DNA of 64,000 nucleotides from Saccostrea cucullata (Eukaryota): the NCBI RefSeq assembly GCF_032062105.1, contig NW_026939883.1, positions 1 through 64,000 on the forward strand. The letters run 5' to 3'. How positions within the stretch are numbered: the first letter of the stretch is position 1; every line of letters begins with the position of its first letter. Under the pieces are notes generated by a model that saw only the letters and a list, made by a program, of their open reading frames with translations, did no database searches and was not told the DNA's origin. Both the position numbers and the translations under genes were made by a program. Positions 20,301 to 33,300 of the stretch are shown here, piece by piece.

Positions 20301-22111
20301 GAGCTTATCCACTGACAAAAGTCAGCCCAGGTTAACACAGAGGAAAAGTCTCCCACTGAAAGGATAAAGATATCACAGAGGAAAAGTCAGCCAAGATTAT
20401 CACTGAGGAAAAGTCAGCCGAGCTTATCACTGAGGAAAAGTTAGCTGAGCTTATCCCAGAGGAAAAGTCAGCCAAGCTTATCACTGAAGAAAAGTCAGTC
20501 CATGTTAACACAAAGGAAAAGTCAGCCAAGCTTATCACAGAGGAAAAGGCAGCTGAGCTTATCACAGAAGAAAAGTCAGCTGAGCTTGTCACTGAGGAAA
20601 AGTCAGCCAAGCTTAACAAAGAGGAAAAGTCAGCCAAGCTCATCACAGAGGAAAAGTCAGCCAAGCTTATCATTGAGGAAAAGTCAGCCCAGGTTAACAA
20701 AGAGGGAAAGTCAGCCAAGCTTATCACAGAGGAAAAGTCAGCTGAGCTTATCACAGAGGAAAAGTTAGCTGAGATTTTCTCAGAGGAAAAGTCAGCCAAG
20801 CTTATCAATGAGGAAAAGTCAGTCCAAGTTAACACAGAGGAAAAGTCAGCCAAGCTTATCACAGAGGAAAAGTCAGCTCAGCTTATCACAGAGAAAAAGT
20901 CAGCTAAGCTTATCACAGAGGAAAAGTCAGCCAAGCTTATCACAGAGGAAAAGTCAGCTGAGCTTATCACAGAGGAAAAGTCAGCCAGCTTATCACAGAG
21001 GAAAAGTCAACCGAGCTTATCTCAGAGGAAAAATCAGCCCAGGTTAGCACAGAGGAAAAGTCAGCCAAGCTTATCAATGAGGAAATGTCAGCCATGCTTA
21101 TCACTGAGAAAAAGTCAGCTGAGCTAGTCACAGAGGAAAAGTCAGCCAAGCTTCTCACTAAGGAAAAGTCAGCCCAGCTTATCCCAGAGGAAAAGTCAGC
21201 AAAGCTTATCACAGAGGAAAAATCAGCCCAGGTTAACAAAAAGGAAAAATCAGGCAAGCTTATGACAGATGAAAAGTCAGCTGAGCTTATCACAGAGAAA
21301 AATTCAGCCAAGCTTATCAATGAGGAAAAGTCAGCCAAAGTTAACACAGAGGAAAAGTCAGCCAAGCTTATCACAGAGGAAAAGTCAGCTGAGCTTATCA
21401 CAGAGGAAAAGTCAGCCAAGCTTATCACAGAGGAAAAATCAGCCCAGGTTAACACAAAGGAAAAGTCAGCCAAGCTTATGACAGAGGAAAAGTCAGCTGA
21501 GCTTATCACAGAGAAAAAGTCAGCCAAGCTTATCAAAGAGGAAAAGTCAGCCAAGCTTATCACAGAGGAAAAGTCAGCCAAGCTTATCACAGAGGAAAAG
21601 TCAGCCCAGGTTATCACAGAGGTAAAGTCAGCCGAGCTTATCACAGAGGAAAAGTCAGCTGAGCTTATCACAGAGGAAAAGTCAGCCCAGCTTATCACAG
21701 AGAACAAGTCAGTCCAGCTTATCACAGAGAAAATGAAGTCACCAAACCTTGGATTATCAACAGATCCAGAATGTCTAGTGGTGTCAAGGAATCAAGATAC
21801 TCCAATCAATACAGAGAAATCATTTTTACATGAGGTATTACATAAAATTTTCAAAATTTATATAATTATTTATTTAATCTATAAATTGAAGCAGAAGGAA
21901 ATTTTAAGATGTGCCTGTCTAAATTGAATATTTCTTTGCTATCTTTTCCCAATTTTTTTTTATACTAGTATATTTGTTGTATGAAATCCTTACACTATAT
22001 GTACATGTGTATGTAATAACAATGTGACAATTCTACATTTCCCAGCTTCTGAAGGAAGACATTGCTGATGAATACATTAACAATGATAATGAACGTGAAG
22101 ATGATGATTAC

Positions 22112-22142
<31 letters not shown>

Positions 22143-22341
22143 GCCTGTTTGGCCCTAGAAGGCTCTTCTTCTTTGGTGTTGACTATTTTAAGGTAAAATT
22201 TATGCTTAATGACCTTAAAACCAAATTTTATTTTTATTTTGCTTGTGGATAAAATTATTTAATCTTTATGGGTTATTTTTTATCTTAACTTAGTGTACAT
22301 GTATTAAATTTTTTTAGGGTGCTAAAAAATCCATTTGTTGA
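17357..22341 (+). CDS. Unnamed 10-exon gene, putative highly derived SLBP-like protein with a 9-aa repeat array (array frameshifted in this sequence)
   Basis: Phase-consistent GT-AG exons 17357-17413, 17726-17800, 18355-18440, 18580-18619, 18778-18852, 18946-19031, 19537-19615, 19790-21834 (disrupted), 22046-22192, 22318-22341; AATAAA at 22424. Protein starts MEIDWNEILDFGDSAVTDVDSKLKILKFSYSWADAVEEQERLVEAQKQEDMERVLNKEI... The gene structure is well supported; the SLBP relationship and last-exon frame are inference. Confidence 0.7.
18022..18119 (+). pseudogene. Degenerate duplicate of exon 2 of the unnamed gene
   Basis: Near-copy of 17726-17800 plus downstream intron (…GAAGAGCAGGAGAGACTTGTGGAG|GTGAATAATA…) with insertions. 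Confidence 0.8.
19955..21730 (+). repeat. 27-bp coding minisatellite, about 60 units, consensus ATCACAGAGGAAAAGTCAGCCAAGCTT = ITEEKSAKL
   Basis: Tandem units directly visible; interrupted around 20258-20370 and by a 1-nt loss near 20987. Confidence 0.97.
22101..22141 (+). repeat. (GAT)n microsatellite encoding poly-Asp
   Basis: GATGATGATTAC(GAT)10 within exon 22046-22192. Confidence 0.9.
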
Positions 22342-22991
22342 AAACAAACAAAAGCTTGATGGAAGGACAGAAGAATAGCTACTAGTTTGGAGGAAAACTG
22401 AAAAAAAATTGTCATATAAATGTAATAAATGTCAGTTATTTACACAATCAAGTGTTAATTATTTATGATTTCATATAATCAAAATAAGGTACAGAGGTGT
22501 ATTTAGTATGCAGTTCAGTAACAATTACATGTGTATATGTAGAAAAACTCGGAATGTACATGACCATATACATGTTTGAAAAGAGATACAATTAAGAATT
22601 TGCCTGATGAATGAAGTGACAAAGCCTTGGAAATCAGGGATTACTTTTTTTGTTCTTGTCAAGGAATTTTTGCTTGTTGGTAGTTCACCTGTAAATGTTT
22701 GGTTGGGCAAAAAGAAAAATACTATAGTAAACTAAATATGTTTCCTGCTGGTCTGTCAGCTTAAAAGAAATCATTCAAAAGTGAGTTAACTTTAAACTTG
22801 AAACAAATTTGAATCTAAATTAGCCAAGGATGCTTTTATTTACTAGTATTTATTTATATGAATGCAAAACGAATGATCATCTTAGCAGAACAAACGTATA
22901 TACATGAAAACACTTCAAAAGAACAAACTTAACAAACGGGCAAGGGGTAAATCTAGTCTTTATGACACCATTAGGGTGTGATTTGCAAGTC

Positions 22992-24270
22992 CTTTCTTGT
23001 CCTCCGTTTCGTGAAAGTGAGAGGACATTAAATCTCATTCATCTGTCAGTCTGTAAGTCTGCCAGGTCTATCCGTCTGTCACAAAAACTTTAACTTTGGT
23101 CATATCTTTTGAATGGGACTTTCATATTACACATGTGTCTTTTACTCGTGACATTAAGACCTTTCTAAATACACTACAATTTTTTATCCCCTTACCTTGA
23201 TCTTGACGTTTGACCTATTACCCAGGGGCGGATCCAGCAATTTTTGAGGGGGAGGGGGGTTCGAGGTTGTGCCCCCAGCACTCATGCATAGAATCACAGC
23301 ACGGCCACTTCAAGTCCGTAGCTACATCTTATAAGAAGGGGTGACCTCCAAACACAGTTGACAAGCAAAAACCAAAAAACCCCTATGCAACACACTCTAA
23401 AATCTTTTTTTGAGAGGGGGCTTTCTGTAACTTTTTTGTTCGGTACATTTATAACATTCAAATGCTTGAATCTGCGTATTTTCTTGCGACAAAAAATGTG
23501 GAGAGAGCTTCCAAATCAAAATATTTATGAAAACTACAGCAAAAGATTATTCTCAGAAAAAAATGACCCCCCCCCCCATCTGCATACTACGGGAACATTT
23601 CAAATCTTTCTCTTCATTGATTATGTATACTTCTAAAAGTTAGTTACTGCTGAAGATGGTCCAAAAATGGTATATCTAAAGTTCGCGGGAATCTTCCTTG
23701 CATGTTACTTGTGGATGTTCGGAGCCCTTAGCCGGGGTTGTGAAGGTACACGGAGGAAAGCATAAACATGTACACGAAAATCTACAGATTTAGCCAGTAG
23801 AAAGGACAGAGATTTTTGTATTTTTTTTCAAATTATTATTTAATATATATATCTATATTACAGAAAAAACACAATCTCTCTCTCCCTCCCTCTTTATCTC
23901 TCTCTGTGTGTACAAAAATAAAAGGGGGGTGTTTCCAACCCCCGGAATCCCCCCTCTGGATCCGCCAATGTTATCAATGAAAGTCCTTTCTTAACTATGA
24001 ATTTTGACCTCTTGACCTCGAAGTTTAACCTACTTTTCAGAAATGCTCCTTATGACTTTTGATTTAGAAGAGATAGGGCTTTCATATTTGACAGGTGCAT
24101 TACCTGTGGCAAAATATTTCCGAGCATGCTATGATTTCTGACTTCTTGACCTTCATGTTTGACCTATTCTTTTCCAAAACACCTCCAAAAACTTTGATGA
24201 TAACTCTTGAATGACATATGAAAGGGCGTTCATCATATTTGACACAACAATAAATAATGACATATTACCC
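22992..24270 (+). mobile_element. Older, degenerate copy of the same HINE-like family as 15454-16400
   Basis: Shares GGACATTAAATCTCATTC, the GTCT microsatellite, AAAAACTTTAAC and AATGACATATGA...GGGCGTTCAT blocks. Ends approximate. Confidence 0.7.
23223..23970. mobile_element. hAT-like MITE nested in the HINE-like copy
   Basis: CAGGGGCGGATCCAG...CTGGATCCGCCAATG TIRs; possible 5-bp TSD TTACC/TTATC with one mismatch. Confidence 0.7.
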
Positions 24271-24411
24271 ACAAAGGCTGTAAAACTTAGGATATTAAAA
24301 ATCAAAATGTTTACTGTTTTAATATAGTGTTGGGTCCTGATCCCAGCTATGATGTTTATAAGAGGTCTGCACGTGTGTTTGCTCTGCTCTCAAGTTTGTA
24401 TTGTTCAGTGG

Positions 24412-24945
24412 ACTTCTGAGCCGTCCGTCTGTCCGTCCGTTAGTCTTTGTGATACCCTTCTCTTATCCACAACTCCTTTTATACCACTGAATGAGATTTG
24501 ATGATACTTTCAAAGAATCTTTATTACATGGTGTCATTGTGACCTCCTATTTTACTTTTTGATCCGACATTTCTTTCGGGTCTCCCAGAGCAAAAATGGA
24601 CTTTGCCATTATAACGATATAGGAGGCGGGGGTATCATTTAATGAGCTCTGTGGTCACAGTACCTCTAGTTTTTAAAAAATATTTTTAATTCATTATTTT
24701 TTATCAATATGTGCAACCACTGCAAAGAAAATGGGGGAAGCTGCCAATTATTGGAATTTTTCTAAGTCCAAGGGGCATTACTCTGTCCAAAATAGCCCGA
24801 TCCTACTCCGAACAGAACTTGACCTAGATATTGACCTATGTGCAACCTCTGCCAAAAAAAAATGAACAGAAGCTGATGGTGGACTGACAGACCGACCAAC
24901 AGACAGCAGCAAAGCAATATTCCCCCTCTTCTTCAAAGGAAGGTA
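24412..24945. mobile_element. Two truncated HINE-like fragments
   Basis: CCGTCCGTCTGTCCGTCC microsatellite and GGCGGGGGTATC...CTAGTT end (to about 24670), then an oppositely oriented remnant (CAGACCGACC...AAAGCAATATTCCCC). Confidence 0.5.
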
Positions 24946-26540
24946 CAAAAATTGATGGACTCAATTTCAGGCTCTGATTGGGTATTAACTACCGATTTTG
25001 GAAACATTTCATGGTGGAAGTAGTAGAATATAATTATTCGAAACACACTGTTGATAACATTTTGAGATGGCATCTTAATAAATATATAGAACAAATATAT
25101 CCAGAAACAGTGTATTTCTAACAATGCAATAAACAAATAAATTTTTCAATAGGTGCCACTGTAAGTCTCCATTCATTCATCCCAATACAGGTTTTTTTTC
25201 AGACCAGCAAGGTACAGATCTGCAGCTTATTCTTTGCATACTGGTAACAAGCAATTCTTAAAATCCACGTTCATGTCCTTGAAAATACAACCAAGAAAGA
25301 AGCATTAAAGATTTTGTTTGTTTTAATATATTTTTGTTTTATGTACATGTTACTGCATTGGAAATCTATGATCTGCACAAAATATTTGATTTGACAATGA
25401 CATAAAACTGTTTTCCCCTGGTATAAAAAACACTACTGCCTAGAGTTGCATATGATATATCCTACCTGTAATATTAAAACAGTAGCTGACTGACCCCCAG
25501 AGCTGGGCGTGAACCATTAAAAGTCAAATAAATAAACCCCCCTCTGAGGCCACTAACACTCAGCATGACATACAAAAATATCTATATACACTAAAAAGAA
25601 ATTTGATTGTTATGTACAGTACTATTACAAAGGATACCAACTCAACCATTTAACAGAGTAACATTCTAGTGTGAATGCAAGAACATCTTGTTCAATTGAG
25701 GTATCCTTTCATAGTTGACAATTCATCTAGCATTTTACAAACACCATAGTGTGTGCAATTCATGTGAATAACAAGTGCAGGAGGATAAAAATATCAATTT
25801 CTGAAAAATGACATGGATGCAAATAAAAATTCTTCAAACTTAAAATTCAGATTCTTCCTTTCCTTTCATTACTTTACAAATCTTTTTCAACAAAATCAAG
25901 TGCAGAGCCTCTTGAACACAAAATTTCAATGCACTACAAAAAACAAAAGACCATAGCTATGGCACATTCTATTTGGTCCATACATGTAGTTTGAAATTCC
26001 GGGATAACAAATGTGGATCAATGTCCTAGCATTGGAAATGCATGTGGCACAGTTTAAATTATGTCTCTGAATTGCAACCATTTAGCAAGTTTAATCTCTT
26101 ATACCATGTAATAAAGCATGAACATGTCTAATTCTCTACTTCTCTCTTGAACACACAGGTTAATACATTTTTATCTCTCTGAAGAACCTCCATGTATCAT
26201 ACAATTGCTTTTTGAAATGATGTCAATAATCAATAACATGCCAAGAAAATTGTCTCTTCATTTATTATTTCTTTGTATACCTTTAAATAACCTATAAGTG
26301 AAGTACAGGTACTGCAAGTAAGCATTACAGGGTGAAAAACTATGAATGCAAAACCTTAATACAATACTTGAATGAAATTATTTCAAATAGTCAAACTAAA
26401 TGTACAATAATGAAGCATTTATGATACGATTCAAGCCAGAAAATGTAGCATGTCTTTCAATTTGATATGCAGAAAATTACTGTGAATATATCAAGCACCA
26501 ACCTGTAGAATATAGCAATGTTGAGTGGTAGTGGCGGAGC

Positions 26541-26802
26541 GGGGTCCAGTTAGTGAAAGCAGGGCTGCATCCCCCTAAACCCCTCCCCCTTGCACAAAAC
26601 CACACTTTTTCATAAATAATTGAACTGAGAACAATGATTAGGCCACCCTTTCATCTGTTTCAGTACCCGTACATTAATAAATAAAATGTAATATGGTAAA
26701 ATTAAATTGTACTTTTAAACCTTCCAAAAATTCTTCACATAAAGTAAGTTTCATCAAGAAGATGCACGTGGGTAGGAGGAGTGCAGTTACTAACTGGACC
26801 CC
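26541..26802. mobile_element. Short inverted-repeat element downstream of the PPP6R stop codon
   Basis: GGGGTCCAGTTAGT ... ACTAACTGGACCCC perfect 14-bp IR. TSD not resolved. Confidence 0.5.
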
Positions 26803-27328
26803 ACAATCAGAGACCAGGCATAGGTATCACAGAAGACAAAGTACGGGACCAGTAGCTTGATACATCACAGAATATTATAGAAGTCCACGGCAGACTTTTG
26901 GCTGAGACTATCTACACAGGGAATATATCTTTACAAAAACTTTTATTTACAACCAGTATTGTCTGCTGCAACACTGTAAAATAATTCATTTGATTTCTCT
27001 TATTACATCTATACATCTTAAACAAAAAAAATAGTTGGCCTCAAAATTCTCTTGATAAAATAAAGTTGACAAAGAATAACTTCTCATCAGCAAAAATACT
27101 GTTTGTGTCCCATAGAATGAATTGTAAAATGCTTCACTTGTTTTCCCCACATGCTCTATAAAAGTTTTCTGCCACAAGCATTCACATCCAATCAGAGGGC
27201 ATGTAAGATATCATTCACATCCAATCACAGGCCGTGTTGTATAAGGCTGTACGCTGCCAGACAGACTTGATCACACCATATACATTATATTATATTATAT
27301 AAAACCAACTCTAACAGACACCTACAGA

Positions 27329-30300
27329 TCAAACGGGCCCATTCTGTAGTGTTGGTGATGTTGAACTTAAAACAGTGTCACTTTTTTCTGGTGAGTCTTT
27401 GGCTTGAGCTCTACAATAAAAGAAATAAATTCACATAAAATATGCTTCAGTTTAAAAAAATAAAGGAGCAGTCAAAAAGATTTGTAAAAATAATTTTTAA
27501 AAGAAACCTCATAATAAACTTGACCACACAGCCTTTACAAAATAACATTATCCACTGAACAGTAAACCTTTTAAACATTTAATTGTCCAACAGTTTAGTA
27601 CTTTGTTCAAGCTGACCTACTTACAATGTTTCGGAGGATGGATTCTCTTTGATGTTGGAGGACTCAGGGAGGGGGCCATTAGCCTCCACGGCTTTGTCCC
27701 CAGATCCCTGAAGATTAACTGGTGATTTCATCAGTCCAGCATTTGTCAGGAAACTGCAATAGTAAAGAATTCAAATGGTCATGCTGTATTATAAAGGGCA
27801 TTATAAAATTCATTATGTGTATATTTATCAAGAAACCAGAGCTCCAGATAAGGTGCGTATTTGCGTAAATACGCATTAAATTTTACATAATACGCATTGA
27901 AAATTAAAATAGAGCGTACAATTACGCATTAGCAATCATAGATACGCATCACATCACGAAAGTACTGCGTACAACAATTTTAAGAATACAGGTACGACTT
28001 ACTTAACGATACGAAATGAGGTTAACCGCGTTTAATTTTTCTCAAAACGAAGTACAGATTTAAAAGCCTTTTAGTGACCAGGAATATTCTAGTAATGACG
28101 ACGACGATCTCCATTTCGGGAGATTTAGATAAAATCCATTTCTATGTAGAAAGACTATACACTTGGCATAATGTTTTTATTCTTATCATAGCCAATTTTT
28201 CATCTCTCTCAACTTGCCATATTAACGAAGATTCTTTTCTCTCAGTTTACTCTTTATACGATATAAACGAAGGAAAAAATGGTACCTTGACCTACTGTAC
28301 ATGTATAGCAAAAAGTCTTGTTGGTGTTTGCAAAATTTATTTAAATAAATACAGTAACCGAATTTTAACGTTTTTTCCTTCTTCAAAACTCTTACTTCGA
28401 TTACAAGCTCAAAATCAAAATAAACGTCAAACATTTATATATAAATAAAATAATCTTTAATCATTTTAATGAAAATCAAAATCTGCATTGATTTGAAAAT
28501 CAGGGAGTAAATACACTTTAGGGTAAAAAATTATCTGGAGCTCTGAGAAACATGTATAAATTCTGAAAGATTGGTAATATATAAATATAATACATTTCAG
28601 TGAGATCCCTTGTGGTCTAGGTATACATTGTACAGTATATAAATTAGCTACATGTGTAAATATTGAAGTAGCAATGTATAATGTTTAATTGTAATGCATG
28701 TCCTTATGTATCAGGTGTTTGGTCAACAGCTATAACAACAAATAAGGAAATGATATTATACTTTTCTAAAATCACATCAATCTCTACAATACACTGGGAA
28801 AGTGGAAAAAATGCCTTGTTTAACAGTTGATGTAGAGCAATAAGAAGCTTTTTCAAATACTTTTTTTTCCAACAATCTAAAAGAATGTTACTTTTAAATC
28901 TGAAATCAAATAATGCACAAGTCTTAGCAATGGCTATGCATTTAATTGACAAAGTATTCTAAACAGAAGATATGCCAGAAAAAAAAGCATCATCTGTTAA
29001 GCTTGGCATAGCTAATACAGCTATGAAATGAAAATGTATACACGATAAAATGCCCCAGAACTCAGCACATTTTCAAAATATGAAACACAAATTATTCATA
29101 ATATAAGTAGCATAAAATATCATATAATGAGGGCCTCTCAGACATTAAACATTGCAGTTTACATTACAAGTCGTTCACTGCTCTTTAACTTAATGTTTTG
29201 AAGATTCCATAAAAATTAGTCTTAGGTGCAATTTAGCTCATGTTAAGTTCTAGAACAGTATGGGAAATCTTGAAAATTAAAAAAAAATTATGTGCTTGTA
29301 TTACACATAAGGAGGAATAACACATTGTTAGATATTTTCAGTTGTCAGTACAATATTAATGTATTTCTGCTATTAAAATGTCCTGTTTACTTCATTTTTC
29401 TTTCCAGTTCTATCTACTCGGGTGGCTGAGATTGGACTTGTAAAATTTGGCCTGATGCCTTCATTAAATCAAAGGAAAGTTCTTCATAATACTTAAATGG
29501 GACCTTCAATCGGTTTTAGCTGTTATTGTGCACCTAGGAGATTGCTGTTTGCTGCAGAAACATGCCTTTAATTGTTAATATACTGTAGAAGTACTCTTTT
29601 TTTTTTCCGCGTGGTATTTATTTACACTATGTACGCAGTCACAAATTTTATCCAAGCCTTAATATAAATGTATATTGTTAATATACCTCTAATATCCTCA
29701 ATACATCATTGCTTACAGGTTAGAAAAATATGTATGTACAGTGTAACCCCCCCCCCCCCCCAAAAAAAAGCACTTATTTCATGTCAAATAATAGGCTTCC
29801 ATGACATGTTTTTTTTTTATCTCCTGATTTTGAAGGCTTATAGATGTGTGTAATTCATACAGTGAAGTCTATATATAGCAAAGAATTTACTTGAAAACAG
29901 ATCTCTCCTCAGATTAAGAGATTAAGTGAAGATTTAAGTTTCATATTCAGACAAGCAGAATCTGTGCTGACAAATGTCTTGGTAGATAGACTATTACTGT
30001 CAAAAATTTGATTATACTAGTGAAAGTATCATACTTTCTGCAATTTTATTTTAAATGTGTTATAACTCCATTGATAATATACCAATCCCTCTGTTTTCAA
30101 GAATTCCAGCAATCAAAAAAATGCCAGCATATAGATATAGCAAGGTACCACACGGCCCATTGCACAACACTGTAACTCACTCAAAGTTATCACTGAGGGA
30201 GTCTTCAATCCTAATTAATACAAATCAGAACAATAAACAATTCACTCAAAGAAAATGCACTTCAATTAATCTAACAAATCTACTTTTCAGATGTGTTAGT

Positions 30301-33300
30301 AAAACATATGAACTGAACAAATAAAACATCTGTAAAATGATAACAGAATCACTATTTTCACTTGCTAAACAAAGAAACCTTGTCCTGCAATAAAAAAGTT
30401 TGAAGCAATACAAAGAAAAACACAAAACTAAAATCCCCAAGCTGTAATATAATTGTTTACCTGTCTTGCTGTCCGTCCACAGAGCTGTCTGAGGAGGAAC
30501 AGGAGACCTCGGGCGCCGCAGCAGGTGCCCTGTCCACAGAGGAGGAGGGGGCGGCGTCCACTGAACTCCCCTCGTCTTCTGATCCTGAGGGCCTCACTGG
30601 AGGAGTGTGCTGAGGGGAGGGCGAGGCAACAACTGGAGGAGGGGTGGCAGGAATTGTGGGGGTGGAAGATGAAGGTTCTTCAGGCTCCTCTGAACTGTAA
30701 AAGTGAAACAGAGATTATTACACTGATAGTTTATTTTGTAATACAATGTTTTAATAATTTTATTGTGAAAAACCTTCTAAAATTCATTAACTGTAAGAGT
30801 TTGCAGATTTTAGGTCATTTCCAGTTATGAGCCAACAGGATTGTGCAATATTTGTCAATATCGACTTAGTGTTCACAGTATACTAGCTTTAAAAGGAGAA
30901 GCTTATACTTCATATTTGATAATCATAAACCTCATCGCATATGAGCCAGACACATAAAAACTAACAGACAGATGGACAGAGACATACATGTTCACAATAC
31001 ACTAATGTGTATATAATTATACTTTTTTATGAACAATTGACAAATAAACAAAATAAACTAAGTAACAGTGTTGTCAAAGATTTGAAAGTGATATTTAGAC
31101 TATCTAAATTTCAATTCTAGCCTGTTGTTCTCAGGCTAATTTTCTTCAAAACAGATGTGGGAGGGAGGCATTTTATTTATCATTTTATTGGCAATAAAGT
31201 AGATGAGGGAGGCATTTTTCAATTTTAATTTTCAAACTTTCTTTAAAATAAAGATAATTTTTTTTAATCACAGATATACCTTCCACGTCTATTCAAAAGG
31301 TTTGCTTTATCCATTGCTTATCAGAGTATGAACATCATAGGCAATGTCTTTGAATGTATTTTGATACTAACCTAGCCAAAATGTTTGGGTGAGGAGTTAG
31401 ATAACCTCGGAGTCTGTGGGGGTGAGGTGACATCATCTGATACTAACCTAGCCTGTTGTTTGGGTGAGGTGACATCATCTGATACTAACCTAGCCTGTTG
31501 TTTGGGTGAGGAGTTAGATAACCTAGGAGTCTGTGGGGGTGAGGTGGCGTCGTCTGATGTTGAGGACACCTCCTCCTCCTGGACCATGCTGTCCTTCTCC
31601 TCGGTCAGGTCCTCTGTCCTCAGCTCCTCACTGTTCAACTCCACTGCCAGGTCTGCTGAGACTTAAACAACGTTTACCTGAAGTGTACCAAATTCATAAA
31701 ACCTTTAACATTGCACGCGTGCGCATTTGTGAATGCATATGCGTAATAGACCATATCAGTATATGTTACAAATGCTATATACTTTTATGGGCCTTTTAAA
31801 TATAAAGTATTTAATGCACATATTTTAGAAAAATTACGTTTATTCAAAGTGTATTTTTTTTTACATATTTCACGTGCACGCATTTTTCCCTATTTACGAA
31901 AATAAAAATAATGTGTCTTGTAGAGGTCAATTTACATCGACCAAATGACTGTTTTTATAATTTACGACACATCTTAATCATTAACCCAACCCAGGGGACT
32001 CGTGCTGTTTCTATACTAATGACCAATATGCATCGAATACTCCGTTGGAACGCCTCTAGATTTTACACTTCCGGGTATGAAAAAGTCTGTCGTTACCAAG
32101 TTAAACACAACAAGACGCAAAATAGCTGGACAGCTATTGATGTCATGCCAAAGATATTGGAGAAGATTTTAGATATTTTTATTGTCAAATAATTAATTCA
32201 TGCTGTGAATACGGACATATTTTTTACTGATAAATTGTTATATACCATGTTGAAGTTACACATAATGCATAAACATAATGTTCAATAAGCATTGTGCATC
32301 AAAACTTTTATCAAAAAAAAGAATTTTATATTGAAAACAAGTTTGAAGAGAATTTAACAAAAATATGACCATGCCAAAAGCCTGAACATTTAGGCCATAT
32401 AAAATTGAAATCTTGGTTCTCAGGCCCGCACGCATCCGTTTTGAGGTAGCCGCATTGCCGATTTTATTGTATTTTTAATAAAATAAAAAGTTGGTTTTGC
32501 AATTATATTGGGAAAAAAATTTCCGTGTTGCATATGTTTCGCTTTAGTATTCAAATATCACTTCCGGTAGCCATTTACAATGAGATTTTGGCTACTTCAT
32601 TTGAAAATACATTTGAGGACATCACCTACGATGTTTACACGCTGTTAAGCAATGGATAAAGCAGAAATGGAAAGTATATCTGTGATTAAAAAAATAATAA
32701 TAATAATAAAAATAAGAAATTAAAATAAAAAAAAATACCTCCCTCATCTACTTTATTGCCAATAAAATGAAAAATAAATCGCCGCCCTCCCGCATCTGTT
32801 TTGGAGAAAATTGGCCTGAGAACCAGGGAATTAAATTTAGATAGCCTTAATGAGAAGAATAATTTTAGATGTTTAAGATTGTGCAACCATGTAAGAAATA
32901 AAAAAAAAAATGTTTGATAAACAATTGATTCTGACAATAAGAAACTTTTACATTTTGATAGTAGTAGTAGTAAATTTCATTTAATGTCGATGTTGTTTTT
33001 TTTTTCTAAATATTTAATTTTATATATTTTGTAATTGGGGGAAATATCTTTTAAGATTCTTTTTCTCTTTTTTAATCATTTTTTTTTAATGCAATGTTTA
33101 TACAGAAAAATTATTGAAATGTATGTAAGTTATGGACAATAAACAATGAAATAGTTTTATAACGATTATTGCGCGCCACGTACATGACGTATGCACGCCA
33201 AGAAGTCTCCCTAAATTTCAAGACTTCTTAAATTTCTTTGAGGGAGAAGTGAAGTCTCCTTAATGGGTTTAAGTTGGTCCCTGGACACACATATCTTAAG

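Noticed and set aside
19786-21725. Long antisense ORFs (ISSADFSSV / SWADFSS repeats) and alternative-frame SQRKSQ ORFs
   Set aside because: By-products of a stop-free 27-bp repeat. Only the TEEKSA frame connects to spliced exons. The resemblance to the PPP6R WADFS motifs appears coincidental.
19955-21730. CRISPR-like array
   Set aside because: Units are contiguous with no unique spacers, the context is eukaryotic and there are no cas genes.
22319-22378. Alternative last-exon frame VLKNPFVENKQKLDGRTEE*
   Set aside because: It needs a frame that reads poly-Met through the GAT repeat. It cannot be excluded if there is an indel, so it is left unresolved.
30453-31799. Plus-strand ORFs of 125, 93 and 88 aa
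   Set aside because: Antisense shadows of PPP6R exons.
31700-33265. Larger element hosting the 32393 MITE
   Set aside because: CpG-rich TGCACG-containing ends suggest a TE, but no convincing TIR or TSD could be defined.
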